From Octopus bimaculoides (lineage: Eukaryota): a stretch of DNA of 51,140 bases. The notes under the pieces are model-generated. The model saw only the letters and a list, made by a program, of their open reading frames with translations. It was not told where the DNA came from and did no database searches. Where the stretch lies: contig NC_068982.1 in assembly GCF_001194135.2 (NCBI RefSeq), forward strand, positions 191,425,045 to 191,476,184, read 5' to 3'. Both the position numbers and the translations under genes were made by a program. Below are positions 49,722 through 51,140 of this stretch, piece after piece; position 1 is the first letter of the stretch, and the number at the start of each line of letters is the position of its first letter.

Positions 49722-49930
49722 TTGTGTGTCTGTGTTTGTCCCCTTCCCCCAACATCGCTTCACAACCGATGCTGGTGTGTTTACGTTCCGTAACTTAGCG
49801 GTTCGGCATAATTGTCCAATAGAATAAGTACTAGGCTTACAAAGAATAAGTCCGGAGTCGATTTGCTCGACTAAAGGCGGTGCTCCAGCATGGCCGCAGT
49901 CAAATGACTGAAACAAGTAAAAGAATAAAA
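49533..49930 (+). mobile_element. SINE family A, full-length reference copy
   Basis: A-box-like GGCTGTGTGGTAA, B-box-like GGTTCAGTCCC, internal (TA)n(TG)n, tail GGTGCTCCAGCATGGCCGCAGTCAAATGACTGAAACAAGTAAAAGAATAAAAGA. Confidence 0.9.
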
Positions 49931-51140
49931 GAATATACATATATAAAGATACATCGCCATGATTGACCACTAACCACTAAAGCTTTGTAGGTAAGTGGTT
50001 ATACACCATTAGGTGTACACCCGCTTCCGTACATTAAATTCTGAAGAAACAACGAAACGCAGATTCCGATCCATCAACACAACAATATTTATTTACAGAG
50101 GAAATAGGCAGCACTTCGCCCTTTGGTTGCTGAGACGCCTTCTGAATGATTTCCGTGGTTATTTGTGAAGCTCTGGTGCTGACATGTGAGAGAACTCTGT
50201 TGGACGTCTGACCTCTTCGTCGGCCGGCGAGAAAAGNNNNNNNNNNNNNNNNNNNNNNNNNNNNNNNNNNNNNNNNNNNNNNNNNNNNNNNNNNNNNNNN
50301 NNNNNNNNNNNNNNNNNNNNNNNNNNNNNNNNNNNNNNNNNNNNNNNNNNNNNNNNNNNNNNNNNNNNNNNNNNNNNNNNNNNNNNNNNNNNNNNNNNNN
50401 NNNNNNNNNNNNNNNNNNNNNNNNNNNNNNNNNNNNNNNNNNNNNNNNNNNNNNNNNNNNNNNNNNNNNNNNNNNNNNNNNNNNNNNNNNNNNNNNNNNN
50501 NNNNNNNNNNNNNNNNNNNNNNNNNNNNNNNNNNNNNNNNNNNNNNNNNNNNNNNNNNNNNNNNNNNNNNNNNNNNNGCTGAAAGCACGAAAATAGAAAA
50601 TTTGGAGGAACGCCTGAGGCAAGATGGCCACTGAAACCACCCACAAGATATGGTACAAACACACACAAAGAAAAATCAAAGAAATGAATGTACACTTGTG
50701 AGATACATGCATGCAATGTACAAATGAATTGACAAAGACAAAACAACCGTGATGACAACTGTCCAGGAAACTGGAATCACGCGATGTAAAAGTCTGATTG
50801 TTTGTTTTTTTCTGAAAGGAAAGAAAATATATGAGTGCACAAGTGTGTGTGTGAGAGAAAACACAGAACATAGTAAAAGTGTCTGTAGAGAAAAATCCAG
50901 TTCGTATAAGAGTTACACAAAAAGATAGAATGTCCATACGCAGGAAGTTGCGGTCAAGGAGCAGAGCTGTAGTTGAGCGTCGGATGTTGGTTGGGACCTG
51001 TGTTACCTGGTACGGAATATTCTAGTTGGTTAGTTCTGACTGTTGTTCGTGAGTGGATACTCCACTCATACAGTGAAGATAAAACCGAGTGTGTTGATAT
51101 TGGTGTGTCCCTGGTAGTGGGGTTGCTGGCGCACGACATT

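Noticed and set aside
4036-50937. Long ORFs containing X runs (e.g. 16772-17638, 41817-42707, 43720-44854, 50034-50937)
   Set aside because: They span N gaps, so their length is an artefact of unknown bases.
1-51140. CRISPR arrays, operons or other prokaryotic systems
   Set aside because: No repeat-spacer arrays and no gene-dense regions. The sequence is clearly eukaryotic repeat-rich DNA.

Overview
AT-rich, gap-ridden eukaryotic genomic DNA, mostly intronic or intergenic. The dense (CA)n/(TA)n/(ATT)n/(GAT)n microsatellites, the tRNA-derived SINE families and the RTE LINEs look like an octopus or other coleoid cephalopod draft assembly (inference from repeat style, not verified). Most of the window is mobile-element debris: at least four SINE families, RTE, CR1/L2-like, R4/Dong-like, CRE-like and Penelope-like retroelement remnants, a full-length decayed DD34D mariner, a DD37D maT fragment, a Charlie/SPIN-like hAT fragment, several MITEs and two solo-LTR-like units. 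No complete protein-coding gene can be named. Several splice-site-bounded open segments on the minus strand suggest a host gene ending near 7.9 kb. Best observations: (1) a ~150-nt hairpin at 15135-15287, stable only on the minus strand, that buries a 32-nt candidate microexon together with both of its splice sites; (2) a tRNA-headed SINE carrying a degenerate hammerhead-ribozyme core; (3) an R4/Dong-like RLE retrotransposon flanked on both sides by (ATAC)n; (4) a foldback element whose terminal inverted repeats match the 3' end of the main SINE family. SINE boundaries are approximate, and most entries in the supplied ORF track are microsatellite or N-gap artefacts.
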